Assembly: GCA_038279365.1 (NCBI GenBank)
Contig: JAYODI010000039.1
Coordinates: forward strand, 7,920 to 28,655
Length of the DNA stretch: 20,736 nucleotides
Origin: Candidatus Latescibacterota bacterium
GTDB taxonomy: Bacteria > Latescibacterota > UBA2968
Direction of reading: 5' to 3'
Below, in pieces: positions 1 to 9,481 of the stretch. Made by a program: the position numbers and the translations under genes. How positions within the stretch are numbered: the stretch's first letter is position 1; each line of letters begins with the position of its first letter. Below the pieces are notes generated by a model that saw only the letters and a program-made list of their open reading frames with translations, had not been told where the DNA came from and ran no database searches.

Positions 1-2
1 TT

Positions 3-308
3 GTGGATATGATTACTTCGGGCGGGCATCCCAACCCACATGTTTTTCAGCGTGTTTTTTGGGCGTTTTCTGAAGGTGCTGTTGCATGTGTGTTGCTTTA
101 TTCAGGAGGGTTAAATGCTTTGCAAACGGCATCCATAACAACGGGTATGCCCATTGCTGTTTTGTTGTTGATTGCCTGTTATGGTTTGGTAAAAGCATTC
201 CGAGTAGATGCATCGGTTGAAGGGGTACCCACCAAACAAGATTTGGTATCGGGTGTTGAACCTGTTGTTAACCCCAATGAATCAGCACAAAACTTACACA
301 GTTCCTGA
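3..308 (+). CDS. BCCT family (betaine/carnitine/choline) transporter, C-terminal fragment (5' end outside the window)
   Basis: The translation DMITSGG..P..QRVFW...EGAVA.VLL..GGL.ALQ.ASI.TGMP..VLL matches the last transmembrane helices of BetT/OpuD-type transporters; the frame is open from the window edge. Confidence 0.85.
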   Translation: MDMITSGGHPNPHVFQRVFWAFSEGAVACVLLYSGGLNALQTASITTGMPIAVLLLIACYGLVKAFRVDASVEGVPTKQDLVSGVEPVVNPNESAQNLHSS

Positions 309-320
309 TGGTTTGTGGCA

Positions 321-362
321 TAAAAAAGGGGCATCTCCCATTCGGGAGATGCCCCTTTTTTA
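321..362. terminator. Bidirectional rho-independent terminator
   Basis: Perfect inverted repeat TAAAAAAGGGGCATCTCCC-attc-GGGAGATGCCCCTTTTTTA with A and T tracts on either side, between two convergent genes (stops at 308 and 370). Confidence 0.95.
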
Positions 363-369
363 ATTTTGT

Positions 370-1107
370 TTAACGCAAATGTGAATCGGCGGCATGAGGG
401 GCACCCAAACCGCGTGTAAATCGCAACAGTTCTTTTTGACGGTCAGTAAGTTGGTCAAACCACTCTGGTGGGAACCCATCGTGTGGGTCGACTTGAAACA
501 CCAACATACGCTTTCTATAATGACCAAAAAGTGCGTGTCTGTTGGCTGTGCTGTTGTTTGCGCCGCCACCATGCCAGGTTTGTCCATTAAAGATAATGAC
601 ACTGCCGGCAGGTGCTATGGGTTGTACGATGTGTTTAACTTCCATGTCTTCGGGTGGAACTGGGAGGCCACTTTTATGTGAACCTGGTACAACACGGGTG
701 CCACCATTTTCGGGGCTAAAATCGTCGAGCAACCAAACGGTGTTCATCATCACGGGAGAAACGGGGTTGAGCATTTCTCCTGGAATATCGCTGTGTAACC
801 CTTGGTAACCATCACCTGGGGTGACAATGCGCGAATTGAGACTGCCCAATATGAGGCTGTTGCCCAAAAAGTGTTCGAGTATGGGCAAGGTTTTAGGGTG
901 GTCAATGGTCTTAAAGAAGATCGGGTCGAGTGTGGGGAGATTGGACACATGGCGTGCGGTGCCACGATGGGTGTGTGGGGTTCCGACCTCTTTTTCACAG
1001 CGAATAAGGACTTCACGCATGTCTTGTGCTTCTTGCGTGGTTAAAACGTTTTCAACGAGTGTGAAGCCGTAAATTTCCAGTTCGTAAATGTGTTGTTGGA
1101 TAGACAT
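370..1107 (-). CDS. Phytanoyl-CoA dioxygenase (PhyH) family Fe(II)/2-oxoglutarate dioxygenase
   Basis: N-terminal GFTLVENVL; HxD iron motif (LHSD); NTVWLLDDFSPENGGTRVVPGSH; distal His (WHGGGAN) followed by Arg. Confidence 0.9.
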   Translation of the reverse strand: MSIQQHIYELEIYGFTLVENVLTTQEAQDMREVLIRCEKEVGTPHTHRGTARHVSNLPTLDPIFFKTIDHPKTLPILEHFLGNSLILGSLNSRIVTPGDGYQGLHSDIPGEMLNPVSPVMMNTVWLLDDFSPENGGTRVVPGSHKSGLPVPPEDMEVKHIVQPIAPAGSVIIFNGQTWHGGGANNSTANRHALFGHYRKRMLVFQVDPHDGFPPEWFDQLTDRQKELLRFTRGLGAPHAADSHLR

Positions 1108-1210
1108 AGATACACTTTCGATGATGGGTTGAGGGGGTTAACGTGTTTGATAACAGATGGTATTTGGTGTTGGCAAAATGTGTCTGTAAATGAATGGGTG
1201 TTGTTTGTTA

Positions 1211-2398
1211 TTACCAATTGGCATTTCCCTTGTTCCACGGATGGGCCTTAAAAACCTCTTCTTTCAATTCTGTGCCCCAACCTGGTCCTGTGGGCATTTT
1301 GAGATGCCCATTTTGAATGTGGGGTTGTACGGTAACCATTTCTTCTCTCCAAGGCACATCGTCTACATCAATTTCTTGAATGCGCACGTTGGGTAACACG
1401 GCGCACAAACTGGCACTGATGAACGTAGACAAATGGCTGTAATAATTGTGTGGTGCCATGTTGAATTGGTAGGCTTCTGCGAGGTCACCAATTTTTTTTG
1501 CCTGAGAAAAACCATTCCAGGGCACATCAATCATGAATACGTCGGCGGCACGCGATTCAAAATAGGGAATGAACTCACGCATATAAAAGAGGTTTTCACC
1601 TGTGCAAATTTTGGTAGAAGTGGCGTCTTTGATTTGGCGGATGGCTTCGTGGTCATACATATCAATTTCAAGCCACAACATGTCAAATTGTTCAAGCATT
1701 TGGGCAATGCGCATACACGATTCGGGCTTGAAGTTAAAGTTGAGATCGAGGTTAATGTCTACACTTGGCCCTACGGCATCTCTAAATGTGCCAATGAGTG
1801 TTTCAATGTGATTGAGCATTGCTCTTGATGCAACGCCATCGGTGGTACCTGGAGGGCCACCAAATCCTTCAAAATACACATCGGCGGGGTCACCTGGCAT
1901 GATGATGTTGGTTTTGAGAGCCGTATAGCCTTTGGCGACCACTTCGTGCCCTAAGTTTTTAATGTCATTCATAGTATGGATAGGGGGGGTGTTTAAGAGG
2001 TCGAAGTTGCGTGCTCGTGTGGTGCCACAGTGTGACCAATAAAGGCGCACATCTTCGCGAGTGGGGCCTCCAAAGAGTTCGATCACTGATATATCTAAGG
2101 CGCGTGCTTTGATATCTATAAGTGCAAGTTCTATTCCTGCAATGGCTTTGGCTGCAATACCGCTGGGGCTTTGGCGTGTGCCTCTGAGCATGTCCCAAAA
2201 CCGCATTTCATAAGCACGTGGATCTTTGCCTAAGAGAAGGGGGGTGAGGTCTTTAACGGTCCCTACGACCCCATAGGGGCTGCGTCCATCGCTGCATTCT
2301 CCCCATCCTGTGATGCCTGTGTCTGTTTCGACTTTCACAAAAATCCACGGTCTCCAACCGGCATCAACAATAAATGTGGCAATGTTGGTGATTTTCAT
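1211..2398 (-). CDS. Mandelate racemase/muconate lactonizing enzyme family protein (acid-sugar dehydratase, galactonate dehydratase-like)
   Basis: N-terminal MKIT.I.T...WIFVKVETDTGITGWGE; AIAGIELALIDIKARAL....ELFGG; metal ligands D (LDLN), E (WLE), E (TGE); catalytic His in APHN; C-terminal PTGPGWG. Confidence 0.9.
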   Translation of the reverse strand: MKITNIATFIVDAGWRPWIFVKVETDTGITGWGECSDGRSPYGVVGTVKDLTPLLLGKDPRAYEMRFWDMLRGTRQSPSGIAAKAIAGIELALIDIKARALDISVIELFGGPTREDVRLYWSHCGTTRARNFDLLNTPPIHTMNDIKNLGHEVVAKGYTALKTNIIMPGDPADVYFEGFGGPPGTTDGVASRAMLNHIETLIGTFRDAVGPSVDINLDLNFNFKPESCMRIAQMLEQFDMLWLEIDMYDHEAIRQIKDATSTKICTGENLFYMREFIPYFESRAADVFMIDVPWNGFSQAKKIGDLAEAYQFNMAPHNYYSHLSTFISASLCAVLPNVRIQEIDVDDVPWREEMVTVQPHIQNGHLKMPTGPGWGTELKEEVFKAHPWNKGNANW

Positions 2399-2410
2399 AG
2401 GTGGCTTTCT

Positions 2411-3577
2411 TTAGGTCACAAGGTCGGAAATGTCGATGCGGTACATCTGGCGTCCCTTGCCTTCATGGGCTGAGTCAATGATTACAAATTGGCCATTGGG
2501 GCTAAAACGTGGGTGTAAGTCACAACGCCATTCACCCGTATAGGGGGCAGGTGATGGAAAAACGCCCAAATCGATGCGTTTACCTGTTTGTACATGATAG
2601 ACATAAGGGATTTGGTTGCGATTGTCTTTTGAAGGATAGGTGTCGTTTAATATCCATTCATTACCGGGCAAATAGGTACAATGCCCATTGACGGTCATTG
2701 TGTTGGGGCCTATTGGTTTGGGGGCTTGGTTTGTCTGATCTTGGTAGAGATAAAATTTATCATTGTGAGACGGATGATAGGCCCACCCCAAAATGGTGTG
2801 TGGGTCGCGCCAAATAAAGTGAGACATTTTGCCATAATCGTCTACCACGTGTAGGTCTGTGCCATCGAGATTGGCGGTGAGCATACGGGTGTGAAAAGAG
2901 CCTTCTGCAAAACGCCACCGATGTAAAAAAATAAAGCGTGTGCCATTGGTATTAAAAAGCAGATGGTTAAAGTAGTGACGGGCTTGGCTGATGTCACCGT
3001 GTGGATAGGGTATTTGGGCCACATCGGCAATGGTGACGATCAGTTCTGATTTACCCGTTTCGAGGTCTACCGTATAAATACCCACATCTTCAGGCGCGCG
3101 CACATTGTGGTTGGGGTCGGGGATGCCAGCATAACCATAACCTGGGCGCATGTGATTGATGCGGCGAAAGTCTGTGCCAATGGCGGTTTTGCCATTGGGA
3201 GATAGGGTGTAAATGGCTTGTGGCAACGTGCGCGTTTGACCGGTTTGTGTGTTGTAAATTTTGCTAATAAAGTGATCGCCTTCTCTGTCATTCCATATGA
3301 TATCGGTGTTGGATTTGGGAATCCATTGCAACATGCAGCCCTGTTGCCAACACCAAGCCTGGGTGGTTGCAATATGTTGCCACGCATTGGACTTTTCTAA
3401 GTCAATGATGCCCAACTGAATGGTGTCGTTGGCCGTGGGTGACCTGTGCTCAAAATCGACGGACATGCCAAGTGCATAACGGTTGGTGGGATCCATTTGG
3501 CATTTGTCATAATATCCAAACCAGTGGTATTGGGGGCCATTGGTAATGGCTTGGATAGGAGGGAAGGTATTTTGCAT
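2411..3577 (-). CDS. Conserved hypothetical beta-propeller protein (TolB/oligogalacturonate lyase-like), no signal peptide
   Basis: 388-aa ORF with RBS AAAGGA; propeller-like repeats (LSPNGK, FNTNGT) and motifs WFGYYDK, WQQGCMLQW, HYFNHLLFN, CDLHPRFSPNG; 12 bp upstream of the dehydratase gene, suggesting an operon. Confidence 0.65.
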   Translation of the reverse strand: MQNTFPPIQAITNGPQYHWFGYYDKCQMDPTNRYALGMSVDFEHRSPTANDTIQLGIIDLEKSNAWQHIATTQAWCWQQGCMLQWIPKSNTDIIWNDREGDHFISKIYNTQTGQTRTLPQAIYTLSPNGKTAIGTDFRRINHMRPGYGYAGIPDPNHNVRAPEDVGIYTVDLETGKSELIVTIADVAQIPYPHGDISQARHYFNHLLFNTNGTRFIFLHRWRFAEGSFHTRMLTANLDGTDLHVVDDYGKMSHFIWRDPHTILGWAYHPSHNDKFYLYQDQTNQAPKPIGPNTMTVNGHCTYLPGNEWILNDTYPSKDNRNQIPYVYHVQTGKRIDLGVFPSPAPYTGEWRCDLHPRFSPNGQFVIIDSAHEGKGRQMYRIDISDLVT

Positions 3578-3839
3578 AAGACATCCTTTGGATGAGGCTA
3601 TAATATAAATAAAGGGTGTTTTGTATTCTCAATTCTATCAGAGTCGTTGACTTTTGGTGGTGTAACTTAGGGTAAGTTTTTGGACTCAGCAAGTGATTTG
3701 ATGGTTGGCTTCGTGAAGTTTTTTTGGAAAATGTTTCCGTTTTATCATTCTGGGGAAAAATAAAATCAACTCTGTATTTGTTTGTAAAGCATTGTTAAAT
3801 ATTGATTTTTAGTTTGGAGTGGGGCGTTGTTGAGATAGG

Positions 3840-3855
3840 TGGCATAAGGCTTGCT
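3840..3855 (+). promoter_or_regulatory. sigma54 (RpoN) -24/-12 promoter for the flgF operon
   Basis: TGGCATAAGGCTTGCT fits TGGCAY-N5-TTGCW with exact spacing, 56 bp upstream of the flgF ATG and preceded by an AT-rich region. Confidence 0.8.
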
Positions 3856-3911
3856 TTAATATGGCGTGTCTCATTGTATATGTTTTCATCTGCTCAGATT
3901 TGGAGTGACGC

Positions 3912-4682
3912 ATGTTACAAGGTCTTTACAGTTCTGGTTCAAGTATGCTGGCGCGAGCAAGTCGCCAAGATGTGATTACAAATAACATTGCCAATAGTGA
4001 TGTGCCTGGTTTTAAGCGTGATGGTATTTTTCTCAAAGAATTTGGCGAAGCCCGTCGCAAAGCTTCGGGAGGATATCCAGTATGGCGAGAAGATCGTTTG
4101 GCTGGTGGTTTTATAGATTTTGAACAAGGTGCGTTGCGCCAAACCAATAGCAATCGCAATTTGGCACTCGATGGCCCAGGATTTTTTCAGGTGCGTACGC
4201 CTCAAGGAGATATGTATACCCGAAATGGTGAATTTTCGGTCAACTCACAGGGTATTTTGACCACCAACTTGGGTTTTCCTGTTTTGGACAACCGCGGCGT
4301 TGAAATTCGCCTGGAAAGCAATGAGTTTGTGGTTAACGACGACGGTCAAATTCTCGAAGATGGTATTGAAGTGGCTACTTTGGCCATTCACGATTTTGAA
4401 AAAGATGTGGATGGATATTATCAAGACCCCGATGGTATCACGCGACTTGAGCGCAAACCCAATGGTTTTTTTATGCCCAAACCGGGTGTGAATCAGCAAC
4501 CCAAAGGTGCTAATACCAAGGTGGTTCAGGGGTTTTTAGAAACGTCAAATTCAGAACCCATTACCCAAATGGTTGATATGGTCGAATTGTTTCGAACCTA
4601 TGAAGCAGATCAACGCGCCATTCGTGCACAAGATGATACCCTTCGACGTGCCGTGAATGAAGTCGGCGCAGTAAGAGGGTAG
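3912..4682 (+). CDS. flgF: Flagellar basal-body rod protein FlgF
   Basis: N-terminal MLQGLY...M.....DVITNNIANSDVPGFK; LALDGPGFF; YTRNGEF; C-terminal QGFLETSN....MV.M....R.YE; RBS GGAG; directly upstream of flgG. Confidence 0.88.
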   Translation: MLQGLYSSGSSMLARASRQDVITNNIANSDVPGFKRDGIFLKEFGEARRKASGGYPVWREDRLAGGFIDFEQGALRQTNSNRNLALDGPGFFQVRTPQGDMYTRNGEFSVNSQGILTTNLGFPVLDNRGVEIRLESNEFVVNDDGQILEDGIEVATLAIHDFEKDVDGYYQDPDGITRLERKPNGFFMPKPGVNQQPKGANTKVVQGFLETSNSEPITQMVDMVELFRTYEADQRAIRAQDDTLRRAVNEVGAVRG

Positions 4683-4776
4683 TGACCTGTTGAATATTTA
4701 AGCTGTTTTCAGTAACAAATACATCACCCCAAGCGTGTTCATTAAGACGCGCAGCACTTTCACGGAAGAGGTGCAT

Positions 4777-5580
4777 ATGTCGAGATCGTTAAGGACTTCT
4801 GCAACCGGCATGATTGCCCAACAACTCAATATTGATAACATCTCAAACAACCTGGCCAACGTCAATACAACTGGGTTTAAAAAGAGTAAGGCAGAATTTC
4901 AAGATTTGTTGTATCACACCATTCGCACAGCAGGTACATCTGCGGCCCAAGGTGCTTTGGTACCTGTTGAAATTCAAATCGGTTATGGTACACGCGTGGT
5001 GGCCACACAGAAAATTTTTGAACAAGGTCATGTGACAGCGACCAATAACCCTTTGGATTTGGCGATTGAAAATGAAGGGATTAATGGCGATGGTTTTTTT
5101 CAGGTGACTTTGCCAGATGGTACAACAGCCTTTACACGCGACGGTGCTTTTAAGTTGTCTTCCGATGGGCAAATTGTCACTTCGGATGGTTTTGCACTTG
5201 AGCCTCCGGTTTCTATTAGTCAAGACGCGACCAGTGTCAATGTTTCTGCCGATGGCAATATTGAGGTGTTGCAAGCAGGTGAAAATGCGGCGGCCAATGT
5301 GGGGCAACTCGAATTGGCAAAGTTTATCAACCCAGCGGGTTTGCGCAGCATTGGGCGCAACTTATTTGTAGAAACAGAAGCTTCTGGCCCCCGGGTAACG
5401 GGGCAACCCAACACACAAGGTTTTGGTCGTATTTCTCAAGGTTTTTTAGAGTTGTCAAATGTGTCGGTGGTGGATGAATTGGTCAATATGATTCAAGCAC
5501 AGCGCACCTATGAAGTCAATGCGCGTGCCATTCGTACATCTGATGAGATTATGCAAGCCACCAACAATATCGCAGGTTAA
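4777..5580 (+). CDS. flgG: Flagellar basal-body distal rod protein FlgG
   Basis: MSRSLRTSATGM.AQQ.NID.ISNNLANVNTTGFKKSKAEFQDLLY; FTRDGAFK; QGFLELSNVSVVDELVNMIQAQRTYE. Start moved to ATG 4777 after RBS GAGG. Confidence 0.96.
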   Translation: MSRSLRTSATGMIAQQLNIDNISNNLANVNTTGFKKSKAEFQDLLYHTIRTAGTSAAQGALVPVEIQIGYGTRVVATQKIFEQGHVTATNNPLDLAIENEGINGDGFFQVTLPDGTTAFTRDGAFKLSSDGQIVTSDGFALEPPVSISQDATSVNVSADGNIEVLQAGENAAANVGQLELAKFINPAGLRSIGRNLFVETEASGPRVTGQPNTQGFGRISQGFLELSNVSVVDELVNMIQAQRTYEVNARAIRTSDEIMQATNNIAG

Positions 5581-5614
5581 TTTTAAAATTGTATTTCTCC
5601 TTAAGGACGTAGAT

Positions 5615-6412
5615 ATGACTTCAGAAAGCCGATTAAATAGAGCGCATTGGGACGATTTTTCTAATGAAGAAAAAAGATCCAAAGAACCCCTTACTGGGCG
5701 CAAGGTTATATTTTATATCGGGCTTATGATTTTGTGGGTGCTGTGCCTTATGGTTGGCGAAGGCCGAGCTGACGTGGTGGTTTCTGAAGCCGAAATTCAC
5801 AGTGCTGTAACCGAATATGTTCAAAACCGATTGACCGATTTTGCGGGCGATGTGGAGGTTACGGTTCGTCGCCGAGGAGAATTGGTGATTGATGGTGTGG
5901 GGGCTGTTCGTTTGCGGGTTCGTCAAGACCGCTTGCGCAGTCAGGCACGCTCTATACCTGTTGTTTTGGAAGTGATGCGTGGGCCAGCGCTTGTGCGCGA
6001 ATACCAAATGATGGCCGATGTGCGCTATTTGGATGATGTGGTGGTTGCAATGCGCTCTATAGAACGGGGTGAGTTGATTGATGAGGGGTCGGTGACCATT
6101 GAGCGGTGTGATGTGACGATGTTATTGGGAAAGTATTTTTCAAGCATGGAACAACTTGAAGGTTTGCAAGCCAAGATGAGGATTGGGCTGGGGCGGCCAT
6201 TAAATATGCACTATTTGGAGCAAAGACCGCTTGTAGAGCGCGGCGATATGGTGCGCATTGAAGCCAAGGTTGGAGGCATTGTTGCCGTAACGATGGGGCT
6301 TGCAAAAGACAAAGGTGCAGAGGGTGATCACATTGTGGTCATGAATACGACCTCACGCGAGAAGTTGTTGGCAGAAGTGATTGGACCTGGCAAGGTCAGA
6401 GTATTGTTCTAA
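5615..6412 (+). CDS. flgA: Flagellar P-ring assembly chaperone FlgA
   Basis: SAF-like VVVAMRSIERGELI and C-terminal LVERGDMVRI....GI.....GLA...G..GD.I.V.N..S......V.GPG.V; lies between flgG and flgH. Start ATG 5615 after AAGGA. Confidence 0.88.
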   Translation: MTSESRLNRAHWDDFSNEEKRSKEPLTGRKVIFYIGLMILWVLCLMVGEGRADVVVSEAEIHSAVTEYVQNRLTDFAGDVEVTVRRRGELVIDGVGAVRLRVRQDRLRSQARSIPVVLEVMRGPALVREYQMMADVRYLDDVVVAMRSIERGELIDEGSVTIERCDVTMLLGKYFSSMEQLEGLQAKMRIGLGRPLNMHYLEQRPLVERGDMVRIEAKVGGIVAVTMGLAKDKGAEGDHIVVMNTTSREKLLAEVIGPGKVRVLF

Positions 6413-6467
6413 ACGCGTATAGAAATATGAGATGGATTCACGAAACAATAAATGATAGAGGTTTGTT

Positions 6468-7067
6468 ATGAAACGGTTAGGGTTTGTGCTCATAGGGTTG
6501 ACACTGGTTTGGATGACGCCGGCCAATGGACAAAGTTTGTTTGGCGATGAGGGGACATCATCATCGCTGTTTCAAGATCGCAAACCACGCCGCGCTGGTA
6601 CAATTGGTGATATTTTAACGGTTTTGATTACAGAATCAACAACGGCGAGTAACTCGTCGAACGTGTCAACTTCGAAGGATGCTTCGGCAAATATTGGCAG
6701 TCAAAATGGCACTGGGGGATTGAAGTTCATTCCTGGTTTTGGTTTAACAAGTGGTGCCAACACAAGTTTTACTGGCGATGGGACAACGGCACGCAGCCAA
6801 CAACTGCAAGCGCGTGTATCGGTTACTGTTGTGGGGCTTAAGGCCAATGGCGATTTGATCGTAGAAGGCAGTCGCACCATTGAAATTAATGGGGAGCGAG
6901 AGGTTGTTTATTTGTCAGGTGCGGTGAATCCTAAAATTATTCCAGCAACCAACACCATAGAGTCTTATCGCATTTCAGATTTGCAAGTGTCTTATAAAGG
7001 CAAAGGTGTTTTGCAAGATGCTTCTCGCCCTGGATTTTTCGTTCGATTTATGCACTGGATATTTTAA
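6468..7067 (+). CDS. flgH: Flagellar L-ring protein FlgH
   Basis: SLFQDRK....GDILTVLITE; V.V.VV....NGDL.VEG.R.IEINGE......SG.V.P..I...NTI.S..I.D..VSY.GKG; C-terminal PG...RF..WIF. Confidence 0.92.
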   Translation: MKRLGFVLIGLTLVWMTPANGQSLFGDEGTSSSLFQDRKPRRAGTIGDILTVLITESTTASNSSNVSTSKDASANIGSQNGTGGLKFIPGFGLTSGANTSFTGDGTTARSQQLQARVSVTVVGLKANGDLIVEGSRTIEINGEREVVYLSGAVNPKIIPATNTIESYRISDLQVSYKGKGVLQDASRPGFFVRFMHWIF

Positions 7068-7079
7068 TACGATTGGTGG

Positions 7080-8243
7080 ATGATGATGTTCTTTGTGCAA
7101 GTCATTTGGAAGCGGATATTGTTTTTGGGTGTGTTTTGCCTTGCCATAATGGTTGGGCATGTTCAGGCACAATTTGTTCCCGAATTTGAACCCCAAGCTT
7201 CACGCTTAAAAGATATTGGCACCATACAAACTATGCAAGAAGTGCAGTTGATTGGTTATGGGCTTGTGGTTGGTTTAGAGGGCGTGGGGGATGGCAGAGG
7301 CGCACCTTATTCGGCCCAAGCATTGGCCAATTTGATGCGCAATATGGGCGTAGAAGTAGACCCCGCACAGATTCGAGCAAACAATGCGGCTTCGGTGATG
7401 GTGACTGCGCGCATGACACCCTTTTCTCGGGTAGGTTCCAAAATAGATGTTACGGTTTCATCGGTTGGTGATGCTGCAAGTTTGCAGGGGGGGATTTTGC
7501 TCATGACCACATTGCGGGCAGATCCGCCCAATGGGCCTGTGGTTGCCATTGCTGATGGGCCAATTTCTATTGGTGGTTTTAATGTAGATGCAGGTGGTGG
7601 TGGGTCGGTGACAAAGAATCATCCTGTTGTCGGACGTATTCCCAATGGCGCAATTGTCCAACAAGAATTGGTTGCTCCCGGCGAAGTGGTTGGTTCGGTG
7701 AATGTGACATTGGGTGATCCCGATTATACAACGGTCGCACGATTGGCACGTTCTGTAGATATCCGCTTTGGTGCCCGTATTGCAACAGCTTTAGACAAAG
7801 GTACTGTAAAGATTCAGGTGCCACGCGATTATCAAAACCCTGGGCGATTTATTGATTTTATTTCTCAGCTTGAAAATGTAACAGTTATTCCCGATGTGAA
7901 TGCCCGTGTGGTGGTCAATGAACGCACGGGAACCATTATTGCCGGCCAACATGTGGCGATTGCCGAAGTGGCCATTGCACATGGTAATTTGAGCATTTCA
8001 ATTGGGCCAGAAGAAAATGTTGGTGTAGGGGTGCCAGGTGGCGCACAAGCCAATTTGCAGTTGGCAGGTGGGGTGAATGTCGAAGAGGAAAAACCACGTA
8101 TGTTGGCATTGCCACCCACGTCGAGTGTGAGTGATGTGGCCAAAGCACTCAATGCACTTAAGGTAACACCTCGCGATATTATTGCGATTTTTCAATCGTT
8201 GAAATCTGCCGGTGCCTTAAAGGCAGAGTTGCTGATTCAGTAG
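7080..8243 (+). CDS. flgI: Flagellar P-ring protein FlgI
   Basis: Signal peptide followed by RLKDI; QLIGYGLVVGL.G.GD; IDVTVSS.GDA.SL.GG.LL.T.L; ARVVVNERTGTI; LNAL..TPRDII.I.Q.LK.AGAL.AEL. Confidence 0.97.
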   Translation: MMMFFVQVIWKRILFLGVFCLAIMVGHVQAQFVPEFEPQASRLKDIGTIQTMQEVQLIGYGLVVGLEGVGDGRGAPYSAQALANLMRNMGVEVDPAQIRANNAASVMVTARMTPFSRVGSKIDVTVSSVGDAASLQGGILLMTTLRADPPNGPVVAIADGPISIGGFNVDAGGGGSVTKNHPVVGRIPNGAIVQQELVAPGEVVGSVNVTLGDPDYTTVARLARSVDIRFGARIATALDKGTVKIQVPRDYQNPGRFIDFISQLENVTVIPDVNARVVVNERTGTIIAGQHVAIAEVAIAHGNLSISIGPEENVGVGVPGGAQANLQLAGGVNVEEEKPRMLALPPTSSVSDVAKALNALKVTPRDIIAIFQSLKSAGALKAELLIQ

Positions 8244-8255
8244 GGAGATTTGGAC

Positions 8256-8735
8256 ATGAATAGCTTACCCATTGTAGCTACAGATGCACAACATTTTATG
8301 GCAATTAAAAAAGCCGATGATCGGGCTATTCAATCCCTGCAGCGCAAGTCTGAAATTGGAAGTTTAAAAGGCAAAGTAGATGGCGCTGATGAATTGCGCG
8401 AAGCCGCCAAACAATTTGAAGCCGTATTTATGTCGCAATTGCTCAAACAAATGCGCTCCACAGTTCACAAAGAAGAGATGTTTCACGGCGGGGCGGGTGA
8501 AGATATTTTTACAGAAATGTTGGATGAAAAGTTTGCTGAAAAAATGTCTGTACGCGGAACGGGTATTGCCGATATGTTGTATCGCCAATTGAGTAGGCAG
8601 TTTGGAATTGGGGAAACAGAGACGGATAATCTACCCATGCCAACGGGGTCAGGTGGTCTGTTGCAACAAAAATTGCAAGACATGCAACAACAGATACAAA
8701 ACCAAGAACCGCAACCGATGTCTGTGAACATATAG
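8256..8735 (+). CDS. flgJ: FlgJ-type rod-binding (rod cap) protein lacking the muramidase domain
   Basis: LREAAKQFEAVFM.QLLKQMR...F.GG..EDIF.EMLD..FAE.M....GIADMLYRQL is the Rod-binding domain; follows flgI; ATG 8256 after GGAG. Confidence 0.85.
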   Translation: MNSLPIVATDAQHFMAIKKADDRAIQSLQRKSEIGSLKGKVDGADELREAAKQFEAVFMSQLLKQMRSTVHKEEMFHGGAGEDIFTEMLDEKFAEKMSVRGTGIADMLYRQLSRQFGIGETETDNLPMPTGSGGLLQQKLQDMQQQIQNQEPQPMSVNI

Positions 8736-8822
8736 TGTCACTTTATGGTCTGCTTGCGGGATGATTTTTAATGTTTACAAGAAAGAATCGCTTTCACCTT
8801 GGGTGGGTTGGAGGATTATGTT

Positions 8823-9326
8823 TTGAACGATTATTACACATATATGATTGAATTGCTCGATAAAGAAATGGCCACATTGCGTTTGATGCAAGCCGCTCTT
8901 GAAGCAGAGCAAAAAGCCTTAATTGAAAATGACATCCAAGGATTGGATGAGGCTGTGGAAACGCAACGGGCCTTGACGCAGCGAGCCGCAACACAGGAGA
9001 AGGCACGCGTTAAAATTCTTTATCAGATGGCACCTATGTTGCAAGAAAACCCAAAAGCTTTGACATTGCGCCGACTTATAGAGTTGGCTGATGCCCCATT
9101 TGCTGAACGCATGTCTAAACAGCGAGATGCGTTGATTGCGGTGCAAGAACAGTTGCGTCAAATGAACCGACAAAACTCTGTATTGATTAAGCAGTCAATG
9201 AAATATGTGGATAAAAGCTTGCAGATTTTAACGGGCGGGGGACCAATGGGGAATCGTTATGCCAGGTCGGGCAAAGCTGATTCCTCAAAAGCATCTCTGC
9301 AAGGTGTGATGAATCAGGTTGTGTAA
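8823..9326 (+). CDS. flgN: Flagellar export chaperone FlgN
   Basis: Helical protein with L..E..AL...D...L, then ....R, L...N..N..LI..S...V...L..L and Y...G; lies before flgK. TTG 8823 chosen because GGAGGA (8810-8815) is 7 nt upstream. Confidence 0.8.
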   Translation: MNDYYTYMIELLDKEMATLRLMQAALEAEQKALIENDIQGLDEAVETQRALTQRAATQEKARVKILYQMAPMLQENPKALTLRRLIELADAPFAERMSKQRDALIAVQEQLRQMNRQNSVLIKQSMKYVDKSLQILTGGGPMGNRYARSGKADSSKASLQGVMNQVV

Positions 9327-9407
9327 GTTTTGTGCGAAATTTTTGGATTTGATCACATGTTTCACACTGATATAGATGTAAGCATTTTACCCGAGCCCCA
9401 TCGGGAC

Positions 9408-9461
9408 GCCAAATGTTTGGGCAGTGGCCACCCCACCCTTTTGCCCGCCCAAACATTTGGC
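9408..9461 (+). other. Long stem-loop in the flgN-flgK intergenic region
   Basis: Perfect 15-bp inverted repeat GCCAAATGTTTGGGC (9408-9422) / GCCCAAACATTTGGC (9447-9461) with a 24-nt spacer, ending 6 nt before the flgK RBS. Confidence 0.7.
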
Positions 9462-9481
9462 CATTTTGAAAGGTTGTTGCA

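Noticed and set aside
3762..3809. AAAATCAA/TTGATTTT inverted repeat as an IHF or activator site
   Set aside because: Plausible beside a sigma54 promoter, but neither half matches the full WATCAANNNNTTR consensus and the region is very AT-rich.
8256..8735. flgJ as a truncated pseudogene
   Set aside because: Single-domain FlgJ without muramidase is common outside beta/gammaproteobacteria, and the ORF is intact.
9348..9366. CRP-like site TTTGA…TCACA upstream of flgK
   Set aside because: The half-site spacing is not the required 6 nt.
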